Assembly (NCBI GenBank): GCA_964351905.1
Contig: CAYGPG010000002.1
Coordinates: 49,320 to 113,319, forward strand
Source: an uncultured Micavibrio sp.
Lineage (GTDB): Bacteria; Pseudomonadota; Alphaproteobacteria; Micavibrionales; Micavibrionaceae
Reading direction: 5' to 3'
DNA: 64,000 nt
The number at the start of each line of letters is the position of its first letter. The first letter of the stretch is position 1. Positions 9,961-19,204 of the stretch are shown here, in pieces. The translations under genes and the position numbers were made by a program. The notes under the pieces were generated by a model. It was not told the origin of the DNA. It worked only from the letters and a program-made list of their open reading frames with translations, and searched no databases.

Positions 9961-9995
9961 AGAGTTTTTAAGAGTAAAACGAATTGAACTAAGCC

Positions 9996-10313
9996 GTCAT
10001 ACTGAGTGTGACTGAGGATACAGAAAAAGAACAAAATGAAAAAATATACAATATTAATGGTAGCTGTATTTTTGTTAATGTCTGGGTGTAAAAAGCAAAC
10101 TTGGGATGGTTATGTTTATCCCAATCGTCATGATCTAAGTAAATCAGATTTTGTTGGAACGTTTAATTCAGAAGATGAATGTTATGGATATGCTGAAGAT
10201 TACTTAGCAAGAAAGTACTTTGATGGTCACGTTAATGAAGCCGTTTATCATGGTGATATGGAATGTGTGAAGAGGTAGTATTATTGCTGTATCCTCGCAT
10301 ATGCAGAGATAAC
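9996..10313. mobile_element. Possible inverted-repeat-bounded insertion carrying a small lipoprotein gene
   Basis: Left end GTCATACTGAGTGTGACTGAGGATACAG and right end CTGTATCCTCGCATATGCAGAGATAAC. The 10-bp perfect IR GAGGATACAG/CTGTATCCTC lies at 10014-10023 and 10287-10296. The segment sits between cysD and cysNC, which are normally adjacent. Confidence 0.3.
10036..10278 (+). CDS. Small lipoprotein, hypothetical
   Basis: 80 aa. Signal plus lipobox LLMSGC. Confidence 0.5.
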   Translation: MKKYTILMVAVFLLMSGCKKQTWDGYVYPNRHDLSKSDFVGTFNSEDECYGYAEDYLARKYFDGHVNEAVYHGDMECVKR

Positions 10314-10348
10314 AAGTTATATTTATTAATGGTTAAAGAAAAAATAAA

Positions 10349-12262
10349 ATGAAACAGATCAATAAATCATCAAATCTATCTTTGAGCGTGGTAATTGTAG
10401 GACACGTGGATCATGGGAAGTCGAGCCTGATAGGTCGGTTGCTTCATGATACGGATAGCTTGCCCGCGGGGAAACGTGAAGAATTAGAAGCAATTTGTGA
10501 AAAGCGTGGCGTGCCGTTTGAATGGTCGTTCTTGCTTGATGCGTTTCAGGCGGAGCGTGATCAGGCGGTAACGATTGATACAACGCAGATTTTCTTTTCA
10601 ACGGCGGCGCGTAACTATGTGATTATTGATGCGCCAGGCCATCGTGAGTTTTTGAAAAATATGATTTCAGGTGCGGCGCAGGCTGATGCAGCGGTCTTGG
10701 TGGTGGATGCGTCTGAAGGGGTGCGTGAACAAACAAAACGTCATGCTTATATGCTTTATTTGCTTGGCATGCGCCAAATTTGTGTTGTTGTCAATAAAAT
10801 GGACAAGATGAATTATGATGCAGAAGTTTTTAATGACGTATCGAAACAGACGACTGATTATTTAGAATCTTTAGGCTTGCAAGCGTCTTATATTATACCG
10901 ATTTCCGCGCGTGAAGGGGACATGATGGCGACCCGTGGCGGGGCAATGTCATGGTATAAAGGTAAAACCTTGATTGAGGTTTTGGATGCGTTTGATGTCT
11001 CTAGCCCGCCAGTGGCGCAGCCGTTGCGTTTCCCTGTTCAGGACGTTTATCGTTATGAAGAAGAACGTATTTTGGTCGGACGGATTGAAACGGGTATTTT
11101 ACGCACAGGGGATACATTATTTTTCTCCCCCACCAATGAAAAAGCGGTGATTACATCGATTAAAAGCTGGCCAGAAGATGAAGGGTTGGTGCAGGCCAAT
11201 GCAGGAGATTCAGTCGGGATTACGTTGGATGATCGTATCTTTGTGGAGCGCGGTCATGTGGGTAGCCATGAGAAAAACTTGCCGATGTTATCGAACGTGT
11301 TTCAGGCCAATATTTTCTGGTTGTCTCATACGCCGTTGAAGGTGGGTAACACGTACAAGGTACGTTTTGGCACAACAGAAGCCACGGTGAGTGTACAATC
11401 TATTGACACACTGATTGATACAGGCGATCTTCAAAAGCAAGATAATCCAAGTGAAGTCGGGCGTAATGCCGTCGCAGAAGTGACGTTCCGCGCGCGTGAA
11501 ATGTTGCCGATTGATCCGCATGAAGATAACGCCAAGATGGGGCGTGTTGTTCTTTATGAAGGATATGATGTTGCGGGTGGTGGTTTGATGAATATGGATG
11601 GTTATGCCGACCAACGTCAGTCTGCGGAGCCGAAATCTAAGAATATTTATAAAGTGTCACATTCTGTGACGCCAGAAATGCGGGCAGAACGTTTTGGTCA
11701 TTTTGGCGGCGTGTTTTGGTTTACGGGATTGTCGGGATCAGGGAAATCAACCTTGGCCGTGGCGGTGGAGCAGGAAATTTTTGAACGTGGTATGAATGCT
11801 TATGTGCTTGATGGGGATAATGTACGTTATGGATTGAATTCAGACCTTGGGTTTTCACCAGAAGATCGCACGGAAAATATCCGTCGCGTAGGCGAGGTGG
11901 CGGCATTGCAAGCGACCGCAGGTGCGGTAACGTTATCGGCATTTATTTCACCTTATCAGGCTGACCGCGAAAAAGCGCGTGCCGCTGCGCCGCATATTTT
12001 CCATGAAATTTATGTGAAGGCAGATTTGGCCACCTGCGAAAGCCGTGATCCGAAGGGGCTTTATAAGAAAGCGCGTCAGGGGGAAATTAAAGAATTTACA
12101 GGAATTGATAGCCCGTATGAGCCACCGACCAACCCAGATTTGGTGGTCGACACACAAGGCAATGACATTGAAACCTGCGTGAAGCAGATTGTGAATTATA
12201 TCGAAGCCGCCGTTAAAGCCGAGCAGAAAAATAGTAAAGAAAAAGTTGTGGCGATTAAATGA
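10349..12262 (+). CDS. cysNC: Bifunctional sulfate adenylyltransferase subunit 1 / adenylylsulfate kinase (NodQ-type fusion)
   Basis: 637 aa. GTPase motifs [14 protein letters not shown] and NKMD, then an APS kinase P-loop GLSGSGKST. Confidence 0.9.
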   Translation: MKQINKSSNLSLSVVIVGHVDHGKSSLIGRLLHDTDSLPAGKREELEAICEKRGVPFEWSFLLDAFQAERDQAVTIDTTQIFFSTAARNYVIIDAPGHREFLKNMISGAAQADAAVLVVDASEGVREQTKRHAYMLYLLGMRQICVVVNKMDKMNYDAEVFNDVSKQTTDYLESLGLQASYIIPISAREGDMMATRGGAMSWYKGKTLIEVLDAFDVSSPPVAQPLRFPVQDVYRYEEERILVGRIETGILRTGDTLFFSPTNEKAVITSIKSWPEDEGLVQANAGDSVGITLDDRIFVERGHVGSHEKNLPMLSNVFQANIFWLSHTPLKVGNTYKVRFGTTEATVSVQSIDTLIDTGDLQKQDNPSEVGRNAVAEVTFRAREMLPIDPHEDNAKMGRVVLYEGYDVAGGGLMNMDGYADQRQSAEPKSKNIYKVSHSVTPEMRAERFGHFGGVFWFTGLSGSGKSTLAVAVEQEIFERGMNAYVLDGDNVRYGLNSDLGFSPEDRTENIRRVGEVAALQATAGAVTLSAFISPYQADREKARAAAPHIFHEIYVKADLATCESRDPKGLYKKARQGEIKEFTGIDSPYEPPTNPDLVVDTQGNDIETCVKQIVNYIEAAVKAEQKNSKEKVVAIK

Positions 12263-13131
12263 GTAAAATTTTACAGCATCTTCCTGCGTTGTTGAACCAA
12301 GTGCGTCGTGTGGCGGTTGAGGCGGGGAATCTCACGCTCGATTATTTTGACGAGAGTGGTTTTGAAGGGGCGGATGCGAAGTCTGATGGATCGCCCGTGA
12401 CGGTTGCAGATCAAAAAGCAGAAGAATTAATTGAAAAAGCCTTAAAAGAAATTACGCCTGATGTCTTGATTGTAGGAGAAGAGGCGGCGAGCGAAGGGTA
12501 TCGTCCTGATCTGACAAAACATGAATATTTTTGGCTGGTTGATCCGTTGGATGGCACGAAAGAATTTATTTCTGGCAGTGGTGATTATACGGTCAATATT
12601 GCGCTTATTCAGCGTCCCCCCCTTACATCTCCCCCGCCTGCGGGGGGGAGTTTGAGGGGGGGTAAACCTGTCCTTGGTGTTGTCTATGCCCCCGTGCATG
12701 GCGAGCTTTATGCAGCATGTGGCGAGGGCACAGCAATCCGTTGGATGGAAGATACGGATAAAGAGCGCGCGATTTCTGTGCGTCCTGTGCCAAATGAGGG
12801 GCTGACGATTGTATCGAGTAAGTCGCATGGTAAGGGCGATAAGTTGGATGCGTTTTTAGAAAATTATAAAATCAAAAAACAAATTCAACGCGGAAGCTCT
12901 TTAAAAATGTGTTCCATTGCGGCGGGTAAGGCCGATATGTATCCGCGTTTTGGATTAACATGTGAATGGGATACAGCCGCCGCGCATGCGGTTTTAAATG
13001 CGGCGGGCGGTGTGATAACAGATATTCATGGCAATGAATTGACCTATGGTGGGGCTGATCCGAAATTTCTTAATCCAGAATTTATTGCGCGCAGTGCGGA
13101 GATTGATTTGCCTGAGAGCGTAGCGGCATAG
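12259..13131 (+). CDS. cysQ: 3'(2'),5'-bisphosphate nucleotidase, with an in-frame repeat-derived insertion
   Basis: 290 aa. IMPase-family motifs [12 protein letters not shown] and [10 protein letters not shown]. 4-nt ATGA overlap with cysNC. Confidence 0.85.
   Translation: MSKILQHLPALLNQVRRVAVEAGNLTLDYFDESGFEGADAKSDGSPVTVADQKAEELIEKALKEITPDVLIVGEEAASEGYRPDLTKHEYFWLVDPLDGTKEFISGSGDYTVNIALIQRPPLTSPPPAGGSLRGGKPVLGVVYAPVHGELYAACGEGTAIRWMEDTDKERAISVRPVPNEGLTIVSSKSHGKGDKLDAFLENYKIKKQIQRGSSLKMCSIAAGKADMYPRFGLTCEWDTAAAHAVLNAAGGVITDIHGNELTYGGADPKFLNPEFIARSAEIDLPESVAA
12616..12663. repeat. G/C-homopolymer palindromic module inside cysQ
   Basis: CCCCCCCTTACATCTCCCCCGCCTGCGGGGGGGAGTTTGAGGGGGGG, translated in frame as [17 protein letters not shown] second copy lies in alaS. 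Confidence 0.7.
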
Positions 13132-13137
13132 GCACTG

Positions 13138-14082
13138 ATGAAAAATAATCTTAAAATTGCTGTCACAGGTGGATCAGGTTTTATCGGTACGCGTCTGATC
13201 AAAACGCTCAACGATGAAGGGCATGAAACCAATATCATTGATATCGCCGATAAGGCGCCGATTGATATTTTAGATCAGGACGCGCTGGATCAAGCAGTGT
13301 CTGGCAAGGATGTTATTTACCATTTAGCGGCGGAGCATCGGGATGATGTTTTTCCGCGCGCGCGTTATTATGATGTGAATGGTGAAGGTACGCAAAATGT
13401 TGTCAACGCGGCGGAGAAAGCGGGTGTGAATAAAATTATCTTTACCAGTTCGGTTGCCGTTTATGCGTTGGGTCAGGGCGCAAAATCAGAAGACAGCCCC
13501 GTTGCGCCGTTTAATGATTACGGCAAAAGTAAATTAGAGGCCGAAGAAATTTTAATAAAATGGGCAAGAGCAGATAAAGAGCGTTCGCTTATTATTATTC
13601 GCCCTGCGGTTGTGTTTGGTGAAAATAATCGTGGTAATGTCTATAATTTAATCAATCAAATTGCCAAAGGGCGGTTCTTGATGATTGGGCGCGGGCAAAA
13701 TAAAAAATCCATGGGTTATGTTGGCAATGTGGCGGCCTTTTTAAAATATAGTGTTAGTTTAAATGAGAATGTTGGCATTTATAATTATGCGGATAAGCCT
13801 GATTTAACCACCCAAGAATTGATTGGCACGATTTATCAGAGCTTTAATAAAACAAAGCCTAAATTTCATATTCCCTACATTATTGGCATTGTCGCCGGGA
13901 TGACGTTTGATGTGCTGGCGAAGATAACCGGTAAGACATTCCCGATTAGTGCGATCCGCGTTAAAAAGTTTTGCTCCGATACGGTTGTCGATGCCGATAA
14001 GGTCATGAAAAGTGGCTTTACGCCCCTATATACTATGCGTGAAGGTGTGGAGCGTATGATCAAACATGACTTTAAGAATTAA
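13138..14082 (+). CDS. NAD-dependent epimerase/dehydratase (extended SDR)
   Basis: 314 aa. VTGGSGFIG and catalytic YGKSK. Confidence 0.8.
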   Translation: MKNNLKIAVTGGSGFIGTRLIKTLNDEGHETNIIDIADKAPIDILDQDALDQAVSGKDVIYHLAAEHRDDVFPRARYYDVNGEGTQNVVNAAEKAGVNKIIFTSSVAVYALGQGAKSEDSPVAPFNDYGKSKLEAEEILIKWARADKERSLIIIRPAVVFGENNRGNVYNLINQIAKGRFLMIGRGQNKKSMGYVGNVAAFLKYSVSLNENVGIYNYADKPDLTTQELIGTIYQSFNKTKPKFHIPYIIGIVAGMTFDVLAKITGKTFPISAIRVKKFCSDTVVDADKVMKSGFTPLYTMREGVERMIKHDFKN

Positions 14083-14119
14083 TATAGCAATTTACCTTCA
14101 AATTCGTTAAAACGCACCC

Positions 14120-15715
14120 ATGAGCACCGTTATTTCAAAAGAAGCAGATTATCAAACCCGTCGCACGTTCGCGATTATTTCGCATCCTGATGCGGGTAAA
14201 ACGACGCTGACGGAAAAGCTGTTGCTGTTTGGGGGTGCGATCCATTTAGCAGGAGATGTGAAGGCGAAGGGAAATCGCCGCCGTGCCCATTCTGACTGGA
14301 TGAAAATTGAGCAAGCCCGTGGAATTTCGGTGACGACGTCTGTGATGACATTCGAATATGATGACGTCACGTTTAATTTGCTTGATACGCCAGGGCACGA
14401 AGATTTTTCTGATGATACTTATAGAACGCTGACCGCGGTGGATAGTGCGGTGATGGTGATTGATGCCGCCAAGGGGATTGAGGCACAAACGCGTAAACTT
14501 TTTGAGGTATGTCGTATGCGCGATGTGCCAATTATTACGTTTATCAATAAAATGGATCGTGAAACGCGTGACCCGTTTGAACTCCTCGATGAAATTGGTG
14601 AGATGTTGGCGTTGGATACGGTGCCGATGACATGGCCTGTGGATCAGGGAAAGCAGTTCCAAGGATGTTACGATATTCAAAAAGATCAGATGATTTTATT
14701 TGGTGATGGTAAGAAAGGTGCGCTACCTGATATTATGCCGTGTAAAGGGGTCGATGATCAAAAACTGCAAGATCATTTGAGCGCGGAGCAACATCAAAAA
14801 TTAAAAGAGGATGTTGAAATGGTCAAAGGGCTTTGTCCTGAATTTGACCATGAAAGCTATGCCCAAGGGCATTTAAGCCCTGTCTATTTCGGCTCTGCGT
14901 TAAAAGATTTTGGTGTGAAGGATTTGTTAGAGGGCATTAAAAATTTTGCACCGCCGCCGCGCTCCCAAACCACAGAAACGCGTGAAGTGACCCCAGACGA
15001 AAATAAGGTCACGGGTTTTGTGTTTAAGGTGCAGGCCAATATGGATCCCAACCACCGTGACCGCATTGCCTTTATGCGGGTGTGTTCGGGCACGTTTAAA
15101 CGCGGTATGAAATTATTGAATACAGCGTCTAAAAAGACATTCAGTGTTTCTAACCCTATCTTCTTTTTCTCCCAGGGGCGTGAATTGGCAGAAAGCTGTG
15201 TGGCGGGAGATATCATTGGTATTCCCAATCATGGGACATTACGGGTCGGGGATAGTTTAAGCGAAGGTGAGAATATTATCTTTACGGGTATTCCTGATTT
15301 TGCGCCCGAAATATTGCGTCGTGTGCGCCTTGGTGATCCGATGAAGGCAAAGCATTTGGAGCGTGCTCTACATTCATTAGCCGAAGAAGGCGTGACACAA
15401 GTGTTCCGCCCAATGATGGGGGCAGACTGGATTGTGGGTGTTGTTGGAACATTGCAATTGGATGTTTTGAAAGACCGTTTAGAAGCCGAATATAATTTAG
15501 AAGTTAATTTTGAAGCCACCCAATATGTGACGGCGCGTTGGGTTTCAGGCGCAAATGACGATATGAAAAAATTTGTGGATGGCAACCGTATGTCATTGGG
15601 CGAAGACCGCGATAAAACCCCTGTTTATTTAGCGCGTAACGCATGGGATTTAGACCGCGCGCAGCAGGACTGGAAAGATTTGAAGTTTAGCAAAGTCAGA
15701 GAAAGAGGCAGATAA
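14120..15715 (+). CDS. prfC: Peptide chain release factor 3
   Basis: 531 aa. AIISHPDAGKTTLTEK, DTPGHEDF and NKMD, with RF3-specific C-terminal domains. Confidence 0.95.
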   Translation: MSTVISKEADYQTRRTFAIISHPDAGKTTLTEKLLLFGGAIHLAGDVKAKGNRRRAHSDWMKIEQARGISVTTSVMTFEYDDVTFNLLDTPGHEDFSDDTYRTLTAVDSAVMVIDAAKGIEAQTRKLFEVCRMRDVPIITFINKMDRETRDPFELLDEIGEMLALDTVPMTWPVDQGKQFQGCYDIQKDQMILFGDGKKGALPDIMPCKGVDDQKLQDHLSAEQHQKLKEDVEMVKGLCPEFDHESYAQGHLSPVYFGSALKDFGVKDLLEGIKNFAPPPRSQTTETREVTPDENKVTGFVFKVQANMDPNHRDRIAFMRVCSGTFKRGMKLLNTASKKTFSVSNPIFFFSQGRELAESCVAGDIIGIPNHGTLRVGDSLSEGENIIFTGIPDFAPEILRRVRLGDPMKAKHLERALHSLAEEGVTQVFRPMMGADWIVGVVGTLQLDVLKDRLEAEYNLEVNFEATQYVTARWVSGANDDMKKFVDGNRMSLGEDRDKTPVYLARNAWDLDRAQQDWKDLKFSKVRERGR

Positions 15716-15723
15716 TCTCTTTT

Positions 15724-15812
15724 GTCATTGCGAGGAATGTAATGACGAAGCAATCCAGAATGTATCCTTTAAGCTCTGGATTGCCGCGTCGGCTTTGCCT
15801 CCTCGCAATGAC
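15724..15812. repeat. Hairpin MITE-like repeat, copy B (inverted relative to copy A)
   Basis: 89 bp, GTCATTGCGAGGAATGTAATGACGAAGCAATCCAGA...TCTGGATTGCCGCG...CCTCGCAATGAC. Lies between convergent prfC and slyX. Confidence 0.8.
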
Positions 15813-15823
15813 GGTATTAAATA

Positions 15824-16054
15824 TCAATAATGTGGTGGTTTGTTTAGGGCGGCTTCTTCTGTTGCGCTTAAGGGTTCGCTGTTTCCTAATTCGCCGATGT
15901 TATTTTCAAGTTCTTGCAGTTTTGATTTTTGGGCTTGGACGTATTTCTTGAGAGCATCAATTTCTTTACCTTGCACGATGACAACATCGTTCAATTCTTG
16001 AATTTGTTTATCTTGATGCGCCATCATTGTTTCTAATTTTGAAAAATCTGTCAT
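15824..16054 (-). CDS. slyX: SlyX family coiled-coil protein
   Basis: 76 aa. Typical SlyX layout LETMMAHQDKQIQELNDVV. 4-nt overlap with the upstream MFS gene. Confidence 0.7.
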   Translation of the reverse strand: MTDFSKLETMMAHQDKQIQELNDVVIVQGKEIDALKKYVQAQKSKLQELENNIGELGNSEPLSATEEAALNKPPHY

Positions 16055-17310
16055 GGTTTATTACTCTCTTCCATTTCTTTTAAGATGGCGTGCCCTTCTT
16101 CCGTGATGGTCATGCTGATAGGGGTGGGGCGCAGGGGCATATGCGCGTGATCGCCTTGATCTTTCATTGGTACGGCTTCGCGTTTTTGTGTTCTATAAAT
16201 ACCATACCCAAATAGCGCCAAGAACACCACGCCGATAAGCGGGAAGTAAACCTGTGTGCCAAAAATTGACATCAGAACGGAAATGACTAAAGGCCCAATG
16301 GCCGCACCAACGCCGTTAACGAGAATAGCTGATGCGCTTGCTCCGACATATTGGCGTGGTGTGAGGTGGTCATTAATGTGCGCCATAGAAAGGCCATAGA
16401 CAGGGAGGCTTAAAGCCCCCAGGAGGAAGATCACAAGGTTCAGCAAATAAGGTTGCCCTGACACAAAGAAGCACAGTATTGAAATTATTGCCGTTATAAG
16501 AGCAACGGCCAAAATAACGATACGGCGATCATAACGATCAGAAAGCCAACCAATAGGAATTTGAGAGGCAACGCCACCCGCAATATAGAGTGCCATGAAT
16601 GTTGAAATTTGAGGCACAGTCATGCCAATTTCGCTGGCGTAAACTGCGCCTAATCCAAATATTGCAGCAGTTCCAACCCCTGTCATAAAACATCCTGCAA
16701 GTCCTAAGGGGGAGATCACAAAGAGGCGTTTTAAGGATAATGTATCTGGTTCATCAAAGGAAGGTGCAGGGCGCGAACTTAGGGCAATAGGGAGTAGTGC
16801 AATAGATACTAAAATTGAGGACATCACAAAGAGGTCAATTTCACCAGGGTCGGCAATGTTCAGGGCAAATTGCCCTAACATCATCCCGCCATAGCTGACG
16901 ATTTGGTAAAGACCAAACATTTTGCCACGGGTTTTATTGGTGGAGGCGTTGTTAATCCAACTTTCCACGACAATGTAAAGTCCTGCGTAGGCAAAACCCG
17001 TAAAGCCGCGAATGATGGCCCAAAGCCAAGGCTCAGGATAGAGGCCATGAAGCAGAACAGTTGAAGAGGCAAGCGATGCAAGGGCGGTAAAAACGCGGAT
17101 GTGACCTACTTTTGATATGAGTTTTGGAACGTAATAAGAGCCACCCAAAAACCCAAAATAATAAAGCGACATAATGATACCGATGGTTGCGGTATCAAAC
17201 CCTTCGATAGAGGCACGAATTCCTAGTAACGTCCCTTGTAGGCCGTTGCCCAACATGATAAGGCCTAGGCCAAAGAACAGAGGCCATGAATTGGTGAGGG
17301 CGCGGTACAT
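16051..17310 (-). CDS. MFS transporter
   Basis: 419 aa with about 12 predicted TM helices. MFS loop motif LSDRYDRR. Confidence 0.8.
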   Translation of the reverse strand: MYRALTNSWPLFFGLGLIMLGNGLQGTLLGIRASIEGFDTATIGIIMSLYYFGFLGGSYYVPKLISKVGHIRVFTALASLASSTVLLHGLYPEPWLWAIIRGFTGFAYAGLYIVVESWINNASTNKTRGKMFGLYQIVSYGGMMLGQFALNIADPGEIDLFVMSSILVSIALLPIALSSRPAPSFDEPDTLSLKRLFVISPLGLAGCFMTGVGTAAIFGLGAVYASEIGMTVPQISTFMALYIAGGVASQIPIGWLSDRYDRRIVILAVALITAIISILCFFVSGQPYLLNLVIFLLGALSLPVYGLSMAHINDHLTPRQYVGASASAILVNGVGAAIGPLVISVLMSIFGTQVYFPLIGVVFLALFGYGIYRTQKREAVPMKDQGDHAHMPLRPTPISMTITEEGHAILKEMEESNKP

Positions 17311-17453
17311 CAGGAGGGCTTTCTTATGCGTGTTAAATTTATATAAAACCTAGCGAGGTATCTCAATTTAAGGTAGCATGGTTTAGGCTGTTTCGGCCAT
17401 CAAAAGCAAGTTATTTTTTACCAAAATCTCTAGAAAAAAATAAGGAAAATAAG

Positions 17454-18395
17454 ATGGATAAAGATCTGAACGTTCTATTGGCTGGATCGGCTTGGGGGCA
17501 GAATTTTTCTGGTGTTGAAAAAGGCCCTAAAGCTATTTGGGATAAAAGTGACTTAGCAGAAAAGATTGAAAATTTAGGGTGGAACCTTCAAGACGTAAAG
17601 CGTCATCAAGTGCCGTTTAAGCCTCATAAAAAAATAAAGCCTGTCAAAGGTGTTATTAATAATAGTGAAGAGGTTGCACAGGCTTTGCACCAGATAAATC
17701 AAAGCGCTCAAGCTTTAAGTGCAGAGAATTCTTTTCTACTGACATTAGGGGGCGATCATTCTATTGCGTTTGCGACAATTGTGGCGGCCTTGATTGAAAC
17801 CAAGGGAGAGCTTTGTGTGTTTTGGGTTGATGCCCATGAAGATTTTAATACGCCTGAAACTTCTCGCACGGGAAAGTTTCACGGCATGCCGTTGGCGGCG
17901 TTGACGCATGAATTTGATATTCGTGATCATGCGGGGTTTGAAAATTTTCCTGAATTTCCACCGCTTAAATCTGAAAATTTAGCTCTCATTGGCATTCGTG
18001 ATCTTGATGGTGGTGCGCAGAATAAAATTCATGAGAGTAAGGCTAAAATCTATACAATGGCCGAAATTGACCAGTATGGAATAGGGCAGGTTATGGAGCA
18101 CGCATTTCAGGCCGTGAACCCCAATGGAAAGCTTCCCCTTCATCTTTCTTATGATATCGATGCTCTTGACCCATCCGTTGCGCCCGCAACCGGAACCCGT
18201 GTTAAAGGGGGATTGACGTATCGAGAAGCCAATTTTATTGCGCAATATTTGGCGGAAACAGGGAAGATAAAATCTATGGATATGGTTGAGGTGAATCCAG
18301 ATCTGCTGGGTGCTGATATAACTATTGAGGCCGCCAATAAGATTATTTTGTTATCTTTAGGACAGCGAATTGCGCCTAAATGGTTGAAAATCTAA
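17454..18395 (+). CDS. rocF: Arginase
   Basis: 313 aa. GGDHSIAF, VDAHEDFNTP and SYDIDALDPSVAPATGTRVKGGLTYRE...MVEVNP closely follow the arginase signature. Confidence 0.85.
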   Translation: MDKDLNVLLAGSAWGQNFSGVEKGPKAIWDKSDLAEKIENLGWNLQDVKRHQVPFKPHKKIKPVKGVINNSEEVAQALHQINQSAQALSAENSFLLTLGGDHSIAFATIVAALIETKGELCVFWVDAHEDFNTPETSRTGKFHGMPLAALTHEFDIRDHAGFENFPEFPPLKSENLALIGIRDLDGGAQNKIHESKAKIYTMAEIDQYGIGQVMEHAFQAVNPNGKLPLHLSYDIDALDPSVAPATGTRVKGGLTYREANFIAQYLAETGKIKSMDMVEVNPDLLGADITIEAANKIILLSLGQRIAPKWLKI

Positions 18396-18403
18396 TTCTT
18401 ATT

Positions 18404-18955
18404 TTAAGTCACGACATTATATTGTGTACCGCGAACGGCATCAAAAGGATTTGGTGGGCGTTCAGTTGGTGATGGCGGTAATCCAAAAAGCTGTGATGAA
18501 TTTTGGCTATTTACATTAAATTTAATATTGGTCGATGTCTCGCCCGCTTCATCAGTAAAGCGTTGTGTTTGACGGAAAGTGCCATCGCCTTGGCGGTCTA
18601 AAATATTTTCTAAAATTGTTGTATTGCCACTGTCATTTTGTTGAATGACGAGACGTTTAGATCTGTCCGCCGTATTGGTTTGTTCTTCAATGCGGGTAAA
18701 GGTGGAGCCATTGGCTGTTTCAAAAGTTTGTGTGCGGCGGAAACCATTTTCTAACTTTTCAATTTCCTCATTCACAAGTTTTGAGGCTTTGCTATTGAGT
18801 GAGGTGTTAATATTTTCTGGTACGCGGACAACATCACGCGTTTCAGAAGTTTGTGGCGGTGGCGGCGCGGGGCGCGTATTGTTGCCTTGCGCGCCAGCGT
18901 TATTCGCACGGGCAAGTAAGCTCTCAATAAGGCTTAAGTTATTTTTAATATCCAT
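18404..18955 (-). CDS. Hypothetical protein with Pro-rich linker and internal repeats
   Basis: 183 aa with no signal peptide. Contains PAPPPPQ. Repeated units are GFRRTQTFETANGSTF and GTFRQTQRFTDEAGETS. Confidence 0.45.
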   Translation of the reverse strand: MDIKNNLSLIESLLARANNAGAQGNNTRPAPPPPQTSETRDVVRVPENINTSLNSKASKLVNEEIEKLENGFRRTQTFETANGSTFTRIEEQTNTADRSKRLVIQQNDSGNTTILENILDRQGDGTFRQTQRFTDEAGETSTNIKFNVNSQNSSQLFGLPPSPTERPPNPFDAVRGTQYNVVT

Positions 18956-19204
18956 GATGATCTTAAATTCGTCTGTTTAAATTTTTTGTTACAATAACAA
19001 CCAGAAATACGCCACAACATACCAATAGAACCAATATGAATATTGATTTTACACTATCGGTTACTTGGCATTCCTTGCTTTGTAACACGGGAAAAAACTA
19101 GACTTAAGATTGAATTTATAGAGTTATCGCGATATTTTCAAGTTTGAGGGATTAAAATTTTAATATTTATCCCAATGACATAATTTTATGAAAGCATTCT
19201 GCGA

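Noticed and set aside
12442-12828. Antisense and alternative-frame ORFs inside well-supported genes (for example 12442-12828, 14246-14680, 30298-30786, 50729-51274, 61439-61840)
   Set aside because: They lie wholly within strongly conserved CDSs on the opposite strand or in another frame, and their translations are low-complexity or Arg/Ile-rich in the way typical of shadow ORFs.
19066-19078. TGGCAT...TTGC sigma-54-like box upstream of gmd
   Set aside because: The GG and GC dinucleotides are only 8 nt apart instead of the required 10, so it does not fit the -24/-12 geometry.
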